Source: a virus (taxonomy: Duplodnaviria > Caudoviricetes). Taken from it: 64,000 nucleotides of DNA. The notes under the pieces are model-generated. The model was not told the DNA's origin and ran no database searches. It saw only the letters and a list, made by a program, of their open reading frames with translations. Shown piece after piece: positions 1 through 10,800 of the stretch (the stretch's first letter is position 1; every line of letters begins with the position of its first letter). The position numbers and the translations under genes are program-made. Location of the stretch: the IMG/VR virus record IMGVR_UViG_3300033073_001660, positions 4,021-68,020 of that record; one strand, given 5' to 3'.

Positions 1-23
1 TGACTGAATGGGGATCTTTCTTT

Positions 24-1079
24 ATGAATCGTTATGGAATGGGCCAAAATATTTATGATGTTGATCTATATGACACTGATACCGCAGCGTATGTTGCATA
101 TACCGACCCTCTGCAAAATCATCCTAAGAAGAGATATTGGGGTCTTGGTGAAAATGACACACCAATCACTCTAAAAGATTTTAGAGATATTGAATTAGGT
201 TCACTCTATTGGATGCGAATCAATAGTCTTGTTCACGTTGATGATTTTGAAGCAGGATTCTATTTCTATACGCCTACTGCTGGCGATACGATTACGATAT
301 CGCTATTCACAGCATATACGATTCCTTCATTTATTGATTTAGACGATCTATGTGCTACACTAAATGCAAGTACTCACCCAGGAATAAGTCTATTCACATA
401 CTCAGTATTAAATGGAACAGATATCCATGCTCAAGCAAGATTCCTAAGTAAGGAATTATATCATACTATCGAGTATTCTGGAGCTACCATTACTGGAGAT
501 AAGTACACATACTTCACTCCTAAACGAGTATTTTCAACTCAGCTTATTGATTATCTAAACACAAATTATCCATCATTTAATGAGGAGACTATGTTCTTAT
601 TCGCTAAGACTAGTGATGTTCTTGACGGGTCTGTACAAGATCCGAACTTTTGGGTAGACGATTACTGGTATTTTGATAACGATACACAATATGGATTCCT
701 TCCAACCACCATCGATCAAAACGTTTTTAACGTAAACGATATCAAGTTATTTAAAGGGACCTTTGCTTTTCCAGAAAATGGAATTGCCTTTTTCGTCATC
801 AATAATTTAGATGGAAAGAACGATTTTATTTGGACACTAACCAATACCATTACTGGAGAAGAGATCATTCGAGTAAAATCAGTTCCTTTCTTTGTTTGGA
901 AGTTTAAAGATATTGGTAATTTTTCTCTTAAAGTAACAGTGATCGATAATCGTGAAACAAATTATGAAAATTCAGTACAAAACTTTATTCGAGTTCTAAA
1001 TAAGAGTCAATATTCCCTTGAGACAGAAGAACGTCTCAACACTAGGAAAAATTACTTAATAAAGAACTATACTGCTTAA
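24..1079 (+). CDS. Putative virion structural protein, 5'-truncated; possible PKD/Ig-like C-terminal segment
   Basis: The frame is open from position 3 (TEWGSFF before the ATG at 24), so the gene likely starts before the window. The C-terminus FFVWKFKDIGNFSLKVTVID resembles a PKD-like strand pattern. It lies in the structural module. Confidence 0.5.
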   Translation: MNRYGMGQNIYDVDLYDTDTAAYVAYTDPLQNHPKKRYWGLGENDTPITLKDFRDIELGSLYWMRINSLVHVDDFEAGFYFYTPTAGDTITISLFTAYTIPSFIDLDDLCATLNASTHPGISLFTYSVLNGTDIHAQARFLSKELYHTIEYSGATITGDKYTYFTPKRVFSTQLIDYLNTNYPSFNEETMFLFAKTSDVLDGSVQDPNFWVDDYWYFDNDTQYGFLPTTIDQNVFNVNDIKLFKGTFAFPENGIAFFVINNLDGKNDFIWTLTNTITGEEIIRVKSVPFFVWKFKDIGNFSLKVTVIDNRETNYENSVQNFIRVLNKSQYSLETEERLNTRKNYLIKNYTA

Positions 1080-1081
1080 TA

Positions 1082-1088
1082 ATAAATA
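1082..1088 (+). promoter_or_regulatory. T4-like late promoter core ATAAATA
   Basis: ATAAATA about 20 nt upstream of ATG 1109. The same motif precedes at least 17 structural genes in the window. Confidence 0.55.
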
Positions 1089-1108
1089 ACTAAAATAATT
1101 AACTAATT

Positions 1109-2062
1109 ATGCCATTTACGCCGATCTCATTACCGATTCAGCAGATCCTAATGACTAACTTTGTTACAGACATTGCGACTATAACAAATGCAAATACTTT
1201 GCTTCTTCAAGCTAAGCTTGAAGATCTAATCAATGATCTAGAAATAGATATTGCAGGTACTTCAATCGGTACAACAACTCCAATAAACTATTTAAAGGCA
1301 CAGAACGTCATCTTACAAGATAGTGGCTTGATTTATCAAGCAGGGTCACCTTCACCGACGGTAATTGCAACTTTAGCTAAGAATATTAGTAATGAGTCAA
1401 TCTTAACAGTCGATCACATTGTGACCAATATGACGGCTGGATTTGATACGATCACTACAAGTGACTTCACAGTTAACACAACGGCTACTTTTGATGGTAC
1501 TGCTGAATTTAATGCACCTGTCACAATCAATTCTAGCGTAATCGAGTCAAAGGAACTTGTACAAGCAGATCTTCTCTGGACAGGTACGATCGGTACTCCT
1601 GCAGAGGCAACTATTACATTGAGTAATACCTCTAGACAAAACATATTCCTTACTTTAAAAGCGTCAACTGCGCCAGATCCAACTCCAGTATACGATGGTT
1701 CAACTGCAATCGATTCAAATATTACATCTTTTAATATTAATATTGATTTTGATGCAACTAATCCTCCAGCGGAAAATACTAAATTCACAATTTACTTAGT
1801 CGATGTGATTGATTCAGTTGCATTATCTACGATCGTTGCTCCATATGTTCAAACATGGGCGAGTCCAATTGAGTTTATTGCAGGTACCAACTTAAATACA
1901 ACTAACGCAATCCTATTACATGATGATATTAATTCAGTCGGAATAGCAGATACTACTACATATAATCCATATGGAGCAAGCGTTACGTTCAACTATATTA
2001 TCGATTCAAATAATGATGACCGTCTATTGGCTACTAGCCTAGTTGGAACATCAGTATTCTAA
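1109..2062 (+). CDS. Hypothetical virion structural protein
   Basis: 317 aa ORF rich in Thr/Ile/Asp beta-strand-like sequence, with a late-promoter motif upstream. Confidence 0.5.
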   Translation: MPFTPISLPIQQILMTNFVTDIATITNANTLLLQAKLEDLINDLEIDIAGTSIGTTTPINYLKAQNVILQDSGLIYQAGSPSPTVIATLAKNISNESILTVDHIVTNMTAGFDTITTSDFTVNTTATFDGTAEFNAPVTINSSVIESKELVQADLLWTGTIGTPAEATITLSNTSRQNIFLTLKASTAPDPTPVYDGSTAIDSNITSFNINIDFDATNPPAENTKFTIYLVDVIDSVALSTIVAPYVQTWASPIEFIAGTNLNTTNAILLHDDINSVGIADTTTYNPYGASVTFNYIIDSNNDDRLLATSLVGTSVF

Positions 2063-2081
2063 TAAAAAAAGAAAAAATTAA

Positions 2082-4199
2082 ATGGCAGTAACTCCTTTAA
2101 TTAAGCCAGTTCAGGACAAGAAGGGGATATTTTATAACTTTCAAAGTGCTCTTGAAGACATAAATATCACTCTTGCGAACAGTGAGAACTCTGTTCGTTT
2201 CTCAAAGTTTGCGCTTCTCAGAATACCTGAAATTGGGACGCCAAACACGCTAGCAACAGATAATAAAATACAGTTTGGTGCAGCTGGTGAATCTCCAATA
2301 ATTGAAGGATTGAATCCAGATAATAACGTAAATTTAGCTGAGAGCTTTCAAAATTATGCTCTTAACCTAGAATCCCTGCTATTAAGTCGACCTACATATA
2401 AAAAAAATGAAAGGCTTACTGTTTCTGAAAGAGTATTTTGGAAATGGTTAAAAGAGGTAGGTGCAATCAGATTTCAAGATGCAAATGCTCTTGAGAAAAA
2501 CACAGCTAACTTACCAGTCGATCTAGTAAATCACACAGAATATCGATTTGTTGAAAAGCCAGAAACTAACTCTACATATAATCGAGTTGTAAAATATATT
2601 GGTGATATCGATGTAGTAAACACTCTTTCATCTAGTGAAAATTCATACACTGAAGTTTATATTCACGTTCCTACAAATGTCGGTACCACTCCACACGTCC
2701 TGTTTAAGTCAGTAAAAGACGATAACTATAAACCTGGAATGACTATCGCAAATACTTTAGCTGCTCCATTAGATATCGAATATCTTTCTGGTAGACACTA
2801 TAACGATTCTCATCCATTTGGATTATCTTTAAAGGCATTCTATGATTTAGACGATGCTAGCGTAACTGCTCAAATAAAGAATACACTAGCTGGATCATAT
2901 TCCCCTGGTAATTGGTTTAATGGGACGATCAATAATGCATACTATACAGATAATAACGGATCAAACGAATACTATGTAGCTTCTGATCAATTTATTAGAA
3001 AAACATTAGGTCTAACTACTGTCGAATACCAACGATCTACTCTTGATGGTATCTCAATCGATTTTGATTTAGCTAACTATAAATTAGCTAGTGAGAATCC
3101 AGAAATTAAAGTATTTTCTCAATTCAATGATTACGTAGCCAATCGTGATTTTGAATTCAATGCTATCCTAGTTTATTACGATACATATGATCCAAATAAT
3201 TTAGATTCTACTGGAAATCCTATCGATTTTAGAACTAACTTATATGGTGTACTGTTCTTAGATAAGATCCAACAAAGCGGCTTGGAATTCGCTATTCCAC
3301 CGATTTCAAAATATAAACCAGACCCATTAAGTAAAACCAATGGAAATGCGTTCTCATTCAAATTAAATCTTAAATTAGATACTTCAATCGAGGATGCAAA
3401 AGTAGAAAAGTCAATCAATGATTATTCTACATTCTCACTAGAATTATTTACTGACGTTTTAACCAAGTTTACTCAACTTCAAACCAGTTTTTCAAATAAA
3501 CTACTTGAACTAGAGGCTCTTCAACAGCAAGTAAATTCTATAAAGGATCTGCTTATAAATTCAGTGGATTCTAGCGAAATTCTAACTAGAGTATCTAATT
3601 TGGAAACATCTCTAATCGCAAATCAAGCCATCTTTAGTAATACTGGTGAACTTGTTGCAATGATTGATAATACTAATTCTAAAATAAATTCAATCATTGC
3701 CGGCGACACAAATATCGTCGTATCGTATGATCTTGATGGAATCAGACCAGGCGAAGGAATCTTAATTGATCGTAGTACTCCAAACAGAGTGAGAGTAGTA
3801 AACGCAAATCAACAATATAATATTGCAAACGGTTCACTAACTAATATTGTTACTGGAAATACACTTACTCTTGGAACGTTTACAAATTATTTTGTTCACC
3901 AAAATTCAGGAGTCCCAACGATATTAACCTCTGATCTATCTCTTTATATTGATGATACTACGATTACTTGGAAAAAAGGTCAAGTTCTTCGACTAGTAAT
4001 CGAGGATGAGATCATTCCAGGAATCTTTGATTTTAAAATATACACTGATGCTCTAAATAGAAATAATACTGGAACATATGGCGTTGCGATCGGATTATTT
4101 AATGATTTAGATTTCACACCATCTCTAAACAAACCAATATTTGATATTATATGTTTAGATGATACTAATTTTACATTTAGAGTAGACAAAATAAGATAA
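2082..4199 (+). CDS. Hypothetical virion structural protein with short coiled coil
   Basis: 705 aa ORF with heptad segment LLELEALQQQVNSIKDLL, inside the structural operon. Confidence 0.5.
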   Translation: MAVTPLIKPVQDKKGIFYNFQSALEDINITLANSENSVRFSKFALLRIPEIGTPNTLATDNKIQFGAAGESPIIEGLNPDNNVNLAESFQNYALNLESLLLSRPTYKKNERLTVSERVFWKWLKEVGAIRFQDANALEKNTANLPVDLVNHTEYRFVEKPETNSTYNRVVKYIGDIDVVNTLSSSENSYTEVYIHVPTNVGTTPHVLFKSVKDDNYKPGMTIANTLAAPLDIEYLSGRHYNDSHPFGLSLKAFYDLDDASVTAQIKNTLAGSYSPGNWFNGTINNAYYTDNNGSNEYYVASDQFIRKTLGLTTVEYQRSTLDGISIDFDLANYKLASENPEIKVFSQFNDYVANRDFEFNAILVYYDTYDPNNLDSTGNPIDFRTNLYGVLFLDKIQQSGLEFAIPPISKYKPDPLSKTNGNAFSFKLNLKLDTSIEDAKVEKSINDYSTFSLELFTDVLTKFTQLQTSFSNKLLELEALQQQVNSIKDLLINSVDSSEILTRVSNLETSLIANQAIFSNTGELVAMIDNTNSKINSIIAGDTNIVVSYDLDGIRPGEGILIDRSTPNRVRVVNANQQYNIANGSLTNIVTGNTLTLGTFTNYFVHQNSGVPTILTSDLSLYIDDTTITWKKGQVLRLVIEDEIIPGIFDFKIYTDALNRNNTGTYGVAIGLFNDLDFTPSLNKPIFDIICLDDTNFTFRVDKIR

Positions 4200-4208
4200 A
4201 CCACATAC

Positions 4209-7200
4209 ATGGAAACAAAACACACACTATCTGACGTTCTAAAGAGACTTGTTGTTGATATTGATAACATGAATAGCTTTCTATTCAGTTTACAAAATAT
4301 TTTAGAATCTAGTTCTGAAAACGTCACAGTGTCTCAAACTAAAGTTGATGGGACTGCTACTAATATTACAGTACCTTCATTTGGATATCTAAAAGGTAAG
4401 ATTGAAGACATTAATACTAAATTTGATACTCTAATTTCAGCAAATAGTGATGTTATTGGCATAAAATCTTCAAATGGAGATATTCGTAAGTTTGAATTAA
4501 AAAAGACATCACAGTTAATTAAAGATCTTGAAAACGTTCAAAATTCCACATTTACTGTGCCTAGCTCATTTAAAGTAAAAAACAACTGGTTCTTTGAATC
4601 ATTCTTAAATCCTTTGCTTTATGTAAGTTTAGATATTTCCTCTGTGCTAACTGATGATATCGATCAATTCGTAGTTAAAAGAATTATTGTTAACTCAGTA
4701 AATAACGATGATGTTGCTACATTCTTTGATGATAATTATAAAGGTCAAAACGACCTAGTGTATTCTGACTTAGTCCAAGAACTTAATGATAATGGAATAG
4801 ATTTTTTCGAAGACGATAATATCGTTGATATGGAAGTATCAGTTAACCGATATCAAGGTTCATTTGATGTAGTTAAAATATTGGAAGAGACTGGTAATCA
4901 GACTCTTACTAGCGGCGCTACTGTTTCTACATTACGTCGTCGATATAAATTAAGCACACTAGTTTATACCGATGTCCTATCTGGTATACAAAATAGTAAG
5001 ACTCTAGCCGAGGGCGATCTTTTAATCACAGCTAACGATACTGAATATCGAATAGTTTCGATAAACTCTACCGATACTGAGGTTGTGCTTGAAAGAATAT
5101 TTGGAAATGATCCAATAACGATTGGTGCAGATGTCCTTAAATTAAAACCAGTACCATACCGTCGACCTGAATTACAAGTAAACGTAGGATTCAATGAAAG
5201 AGAAGTAATTTTTATCAAGCCAGTAAGTAAAGCTAAAAACTTGACAATCAGTGATTTTTCAAAAGGTATTGCCCTATACACAAATGAATTGACAATTCCT
5301 TTACAAGATGAATCTACTTCTACTCTTGCTGATTACTACAATAATTTTGTATCGGATTTTGGGTTGATCTTATTGAATCTTGCAAAAGAAAAGACATTGC
5401 CGTCAATCTTAGCGATTACTCCAGATGCTCCAGTATTAGATGAAGCCAGTTTTAAAGTATATCAAATTGACCAACACATTCAAAATGATAAGAGCTTAAC
5501 TGACTTAAATAATAACGTTAAGGAGAAAGCGTCTCTTCAACAGGAGGTTGAAGAATTAAACAAGAAGATTGATTCAATTAAAGCGAATATTACAACTGTT
5601 TCTAAAACACCAAAGGAGGCAAAGAGATTACAGAAACAACTGACTGAGTCTCTTACTGCTAGAAATGAAAAAACCGCTGCATTATCATCGCTTGTAACAA
5701 ATATCACAACTCTACTTTCTACTACTCCACAGTTTGTGACAAATAGAAAATATGAGATTCGTGGATTTTGGCATATACCTAATCCTAAATTAGATAAGTA
5801 TGGAACTCAAAATGTTGTTCAATTCAAATATCGTTATCGTTATTTGAGTTCTACTGGAACCCAGCCTAATGCTCAACAACAGAGTTATGTTGACGTTGAT
5901 GGAACGACGAAGTCTGCTACTTTTTCTCCATGGACAGAAGTATTAACTAAACCTAGAACAAAGGTATTAAACACAACTACTGGATTATATGAATGGGCTG
6001 AAGAGACCCTTACTGATTCTGACGTAGTTAACACAAATCAATTAAATATTCCAATTAGAAAAGGAGAACTTGTTGAGATTCAAATCAAGTCTCTTTCTGA
6101 AGCAGGTTGGCCAAGCAATGCTGCTGAATCAGTATGGTCAAACGTAGTTCAAGTTAAATTTCCAGAGGAGATCCAATCTCAAGAAGAAGGAGTAATCACT
6201 TCACAGAAGTCATTTGCTGAAAAGGCTAGACTTGATTTTGAAAACAGTTTAAATTCAAAAGGTTTAGATAACCACCTAGCTCATCAATTTACTTCAGGTG
6301 ATAAGTTTTATAGCCATGTTGCAGAAGACATATCAAGTGGATTTTTTACTAGCGAAGGTAACGTGATCGATCTTTACCAAAAGTTAAAAGGATTACAGAC
6401 TACTTTGGACGCAATTCAACAGTCAATTAATCTTGACCGTGGAGTAATTAAAGTAAGTATTATTGATTCTGCTGGTAACTCACTAGATGTCTCAAATGGT
6501 GATACGATTGATCTATTTGCAGGATATTATAAAGATCTAATTAAAGACACAACTGGTGGAACTGTAATATATAATGAGGGAGCAATCATCACTAAACAAT
6601 ATGCAATCTCCATTCAAAATACTTCAGCTACTAATCTTGAACTAGTTTCTCTATTGTTTGGAGGAATTGGTCAAATCGCTACTTCATCTGATCCTACTGC
6701 TTATCCAGACGATGACTATCATGTAAATAGAAGATATGATATTGTTCCGATTGGAGTAAACTCAAATCCTACTCCATTGATTAGCAATTTTAAACAAAAA
6801 GCGAGCACACAATCTGGACAAGTAAAAAGTCAATTTATTCACTCTAGAGTAAGAGAATATGGATTATCCGAAGAAATTTATTCACCAAGCGTACCTTTAA
6901 CTGATTATGCTACGTATTACACTCAAGCATATGCGTATGGCGGAACTACTGTCGGTACGACAACATACGTTCCTGGAAACTGGGGACACTACTTACCATT
7001 CAATCCTCAACTTGCTATTCCTGGAACATCAACTGATAGTAGAGTATGGAATGGAACAACAACTGCTGCTGCACCAACTGTTACTGCAAATGGTGGAGGT
7101 AGACTAACTGAATTCTGTATAAGTAAAGATCACCCAGACATACCTACACTGTGTGGAGCCTCTTTTGCAATAGGAAATATCGCTGAAGCCTTTAGACCAG

Positions 7201-7796
7201 ACTTTAACTCAGTAGTATCGATCACAGATGCTGATTCTCAAAAATACTTACCTTTTGCACATGCTCTACATTTTGAGACTTCTGTTTCAGAAGGAACCAA
7301 TGCATATGGAGTATCTTATTATAAACAGGCAAGTAGAATAACTCCATTGACTCCTACTGCAAATAATACATCCGCTGGTAAGAATGATACGCACTATCCA
7401 ATCAAATTAGGATTTACTAACAATGATGAATATTTAATTGGGAAATATACGTGCGGTGCATATCTATACTTATATCCAACAACTTATGAATCAGCTTCAG
7501 TTGAAGGAAATTTTCCAGCAAGATCAACAAAAACTGTTAAGTTTGGTTCAGAGAATGCATTGAATATCCCAGTATTATTTCAATTTAGAGCATCAGATAG
7601 GCTAGGCTATATCGGTGGATATAGAACCAGTGGTACTTTGACTAATATAAAATATTCAAAGAAACTAGGAATAGACATTATCCTAAAAGACGATGCTCCA
7701 TTCTCATTTGATTTAAACGTGAGTGCACAATATATTAAAGAGACTACTCTTGACGCTCCTCTAGTTCAAAGCAAAGGAAATATTTCAAGTTTCTAA
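4209..7796 (+). CDS. Large hypothetical virion protein with central coiled coil
   Basis: 1195 aa ORF with coiled coil DLNNNVKEKASLQQEVEELNKKIDSIK, in the same operon. Confidence 0.5.
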   Translation: METKHTLSDVLKRLVVDIDNMNSFLFSLQNILESSSENVTVSQTKVDGTATNITVPSFGYLKGKIEDINTKFDTLISANSDVIGIKSSNGDIRKFELKKTSQLIKDLENVQNSTFTVPSSFKVKNNWFFESFLNPLLYVSLDISSVLTDDIDQFVVKRIIVNSVNNDDVATFFDDNYKGQNDLVYSDLVQELNDNGIDFFEDDNIVDMEVSVNRYQGSFDVVKILEETGNQTLTSGATVSTLRRRYKLSTLVYTDVLSGIQNSKTLAEGDLLITANDTEYRIVSINSTDTEVVLERIFGNDPITIGADVLKLKPVPYRRPELQVNVGFNEREVIFIKPVSKAKNLTISDFSKGIALYTNELTIPLQDESTSTLADYYNNFVSDFGLILLNLAKEKTLPSILAITPDAPVLDEASFKVYQIDQHIQNDKSLTDLNNNVKEKASLQQEVEELNKKIDSIKANITTVSKTPKEAKRLQKQLTESLTARNEKTAALSSLVTNITTLLSTTPQFVTNRKYEIRGFWHIPNPKLDKYGTQNVVQFKYRYRYLSSTGTQPNAQQQSYVDVDGTTKSATFSPWTEVLTKPRTKVLNTTTGLYEWAEETLTDSDVVNTNQLNIPIRKGELVEIQIKSLSEAGWPSNAAESVWSNVVQVKFPEEIQSQEEGVITSQKSFAEKARLDFENSLNSKGLDNHLAHQFTSGDKFYSHVAEDISSGFFTSEGNVIDLYQKLKGLQTTLDAIQQSINLDRGVIKVSIIDSAGNSLDVSNGDTIDLFAGYYKDLIKDTTGGTVIYNEGAIITKQYAISIQNTSATNLELVSLLFGGIGQIATSSDPTAYPDDDYHVNRRYDIVPIGVNSNPTPLISNFKQKASTQSGQVKSQFIHSRVREYGLSEEIYSPSVPLTDYATYYTQAYAYGGTTVGTTTYVPGNWGHYLPFNPQLAIPGTSTDSRVWNGTTTAAAPTVTANGGGRLTEFCISKDHPDIPTLCGASFAIGNIAEAFRPDFNSVVSITDADSQKYLPFAHALHFETSVSEGTNAYGVSYYKQASRITPLTPTANNTSAGKNDTHYPIKLGFTNNDEYLIGKYTCGAYLYLYPTTYESASVEGNFPARSTKTVKFGSENALNIPVLFQFRASDRLGYIGGYRTSGTLTNIKYSKKLGIDIILKDDAPFSFDLNVSAQYIKETTLDAPLVQSKGNISSF

Positions 7797-7819
7797 TAAA
7801 AAAATGAGCGCACGCTAAT

Positions 7820-10800
7820 ATGAGTAATCGAGACATATCGTATGTTCCATTATTAACCGAAGATAGTAGTTTCCAGTTAGTTAGAACAAATCCTAAATTA
7901 ACTGGAAATATTAAGATCGCAATAAGTGAGGGAGGCGGAATGTGGTTAGAATCAATCAAAGCTAATCCGGAATTATCTAAAGATCTCTATTCAAAGGTTC
8001 CAATAGATATTAAACAATCCCACCCAGCAAACATATTTAGATTCTTAAATAGTGGATCTACTCCAAATGAGATCACATTTGATTTAACTGAACAAGTAGA
8101 TTCAACTAAGACTTCAAAAAACTTTAAAGATCAATACGATTTTTCTCACTACTTTAGTGGAGTAAAATACTTAGCATCAAATAAGTATACTGAAAGAATG
8201 TCTTATTTTGCACCTCTATATCTTAAGAAAGACGTGCCCGACTATTTTATAATCTTTAAGATTGAGGATCCTGCGAATTTTCCATTAGATCAAGTAAAAC
8301 AGCTATATGAATCAGGTGAAACTAAAACAGATTATCTAATCGATCTATTTAGTAAAGCGTCAATCATAAAAACCTTTGATCTTAGAGCAGAAACAGTTCC
8401 AGGAAAATATTTACGTGATTATTTGAATAATCCTAATTTTCCAGCAAGTCCTCTTACTGTAGCATATGATGAAAACGATTTTACTACATGGAATGGTATC
8501 TTAATCAATGAGGGAACCTTTGGAAGTAGAGGTGAGCTATTATATGATCTTTATTCAAGCTCACAACCTTTAAAATTCTTTGAGGAAAATATTACAAATG
8601 GCTTTTCAAGAAATGGGATACTTTTTCCAAACATCTTAAATCTTGAATTTGTATTTAATGATGATTCTTCTGCAAAATACGATTTTAATAGATATTTAGG
8701 AGTATACGTAAACGCTATCGAGCTTACTAAACTCGATATCGATTTAGATCGAGCATACTTGACTCGTGGAACTTGGGAAAACACTCCTCATTTTAGAAAA
8801 AGATTCTTGGAAACTGATGAAGTCAATCTTCCTCAAAGTAATCCTAATGGAGTCATTGTACCTTTTAAGAATTCAACAGTAAATGTTTCAGAGTTTACTA
8901 CAACTTTTACTGATTCGGATAATCTTTTTATCAACTATCTTAGTGATAAGGACAATAATCTCTATATGCCTAACCTTACTCAGCCATTTGAGATTGAGTA
9001 TACTGCTGAACACTTAGTTAATTTATCACTAACTGAATTTAAAAAAGTAAACGAATTAAACTTAACATTCGCTGGTACAGGATATACTACACTAAATAAT
9101 TTGACAACTACCGCAACTTTAGGTTCAGGTACAGGATTAATTGTTAATATCATAGATGATGGAGCGGGTGGAGTATCAAATGTAACTATCGTAGCCGGCG
9201 GAACCAATTATGAAATAGGCGATACTTCTATAATAAATAGTGGAAATAATGATGCAATATTAGAGATCACTAATGTATTTAATGGCAATATTATTAATGC
9301 CACTCTGACCTCTCATGGGTATTTGACAGATAATTTAATAGTAATCTCATCAAGCGATTCTGAATACTCTGGTGAATTCCTAATAACTAAGATCGATGAC
9401 GATAATTTTGAGTACAGTACGACTATCTCACCAACTAATCCTAATGCAATTGGAACTTCTAAAAAAGAATTATCTACTGGTCAATTTAGGTTTGCAAATA
9501 CTAATATTGATCTGGGACTTTTCTTCGGTCAAAGTAGAAATCTATTTTTACAAGATCTCGGAGAATCAACTAATACTGGAGGCCATTCGTATGGAGTAAT
9601 TACAATTAATTCTGAGTTAAACAATTATGATGAACTTAGGCTATATCATCCAAATGGTACTCAAATAGATGCTATTGGCAAACATGATTTAATTATTGCT
9701 ACTCAAGCTTACGTCCTAATTCCAAACGCAGGAGATTATTATGTGTACAACGATTACGATAACATCCTAGGATACGATGAATTTTATATGAATGGTTCAG
9801 GTACTCCTACTCAAATAGCTAGTGCTTTAGCTGGATGCATAAATGGAATTAGAAATTCTGCGTTTACTGCATATCAATATGATAACCGAGTATTCGTAAA
9901 ACTTCGACCTGCTGGAGATTTTGATGATCTTCATAAATTGTCGTTAATCTCGCCAACTGCCGACTATTCAGTACTTACCTTTAATGATCTCTATACTGGC
10001 TCACAATTAGTGGGTGCACAATTTTCATTTCTTGGTGGATCTAAAGAGACGGGAAATCGACTAATCCTTGATGCGGGTCACCTTGATAAAATCAATCAAA
10101 ATTTTGATTCAATTTTAATAAAATCTTCAGATAGTTGGTCAAAAATTAGAAAGGTATCACAATACATTGACGAGATCACTGAAACTAATTCAACAACTCA
10201 AGCATTACGAACAAAGACAATCGAAAGATATCAAAATAAGATTGTTGTCGTACTTGATGAGAATGAAAAGCCTACTATCTCAAATAAGGAGTTTGTGATG
10301 AAACCTAAATTTAGACCGTCGTTTGGATTACTTTCATTCTACTTAATTAAAGATATTGACTTTGATTTTTATTCAAGTACATATACTAATTTTCCTAATA
10401 TTGACCTATACGAACACTACTTTATTCCAGAAGGAGTTAATTTATTAGAGCCTTTAATTGACTATATTGTATATAACGGAACGATAAATGTAGATGATGG
10501 TACCCTTACTGGAGTAGACTATGTCGATGGTTCAATATTTACAGTTCCTTTCCAAACATCATATTCAATAGTAAACGGCAATCCATTAGTTACATATGAT
10601 CCTAACACAACAAGCAATATTATTCCAATTAATGATGTTGATAGAGAACTTAAAGAATTTGGAGGATTCTCGATACTTAAGGATCCAAGTAAAGTAGTTC
10701 CTCAAAATACAAGTAATGAGTATGAACTAAAGACTAAATACTTAAATGGTCTTACTGATACTGAATATGACTTCTATAAAGAGAATGAAAGTTTAGATTT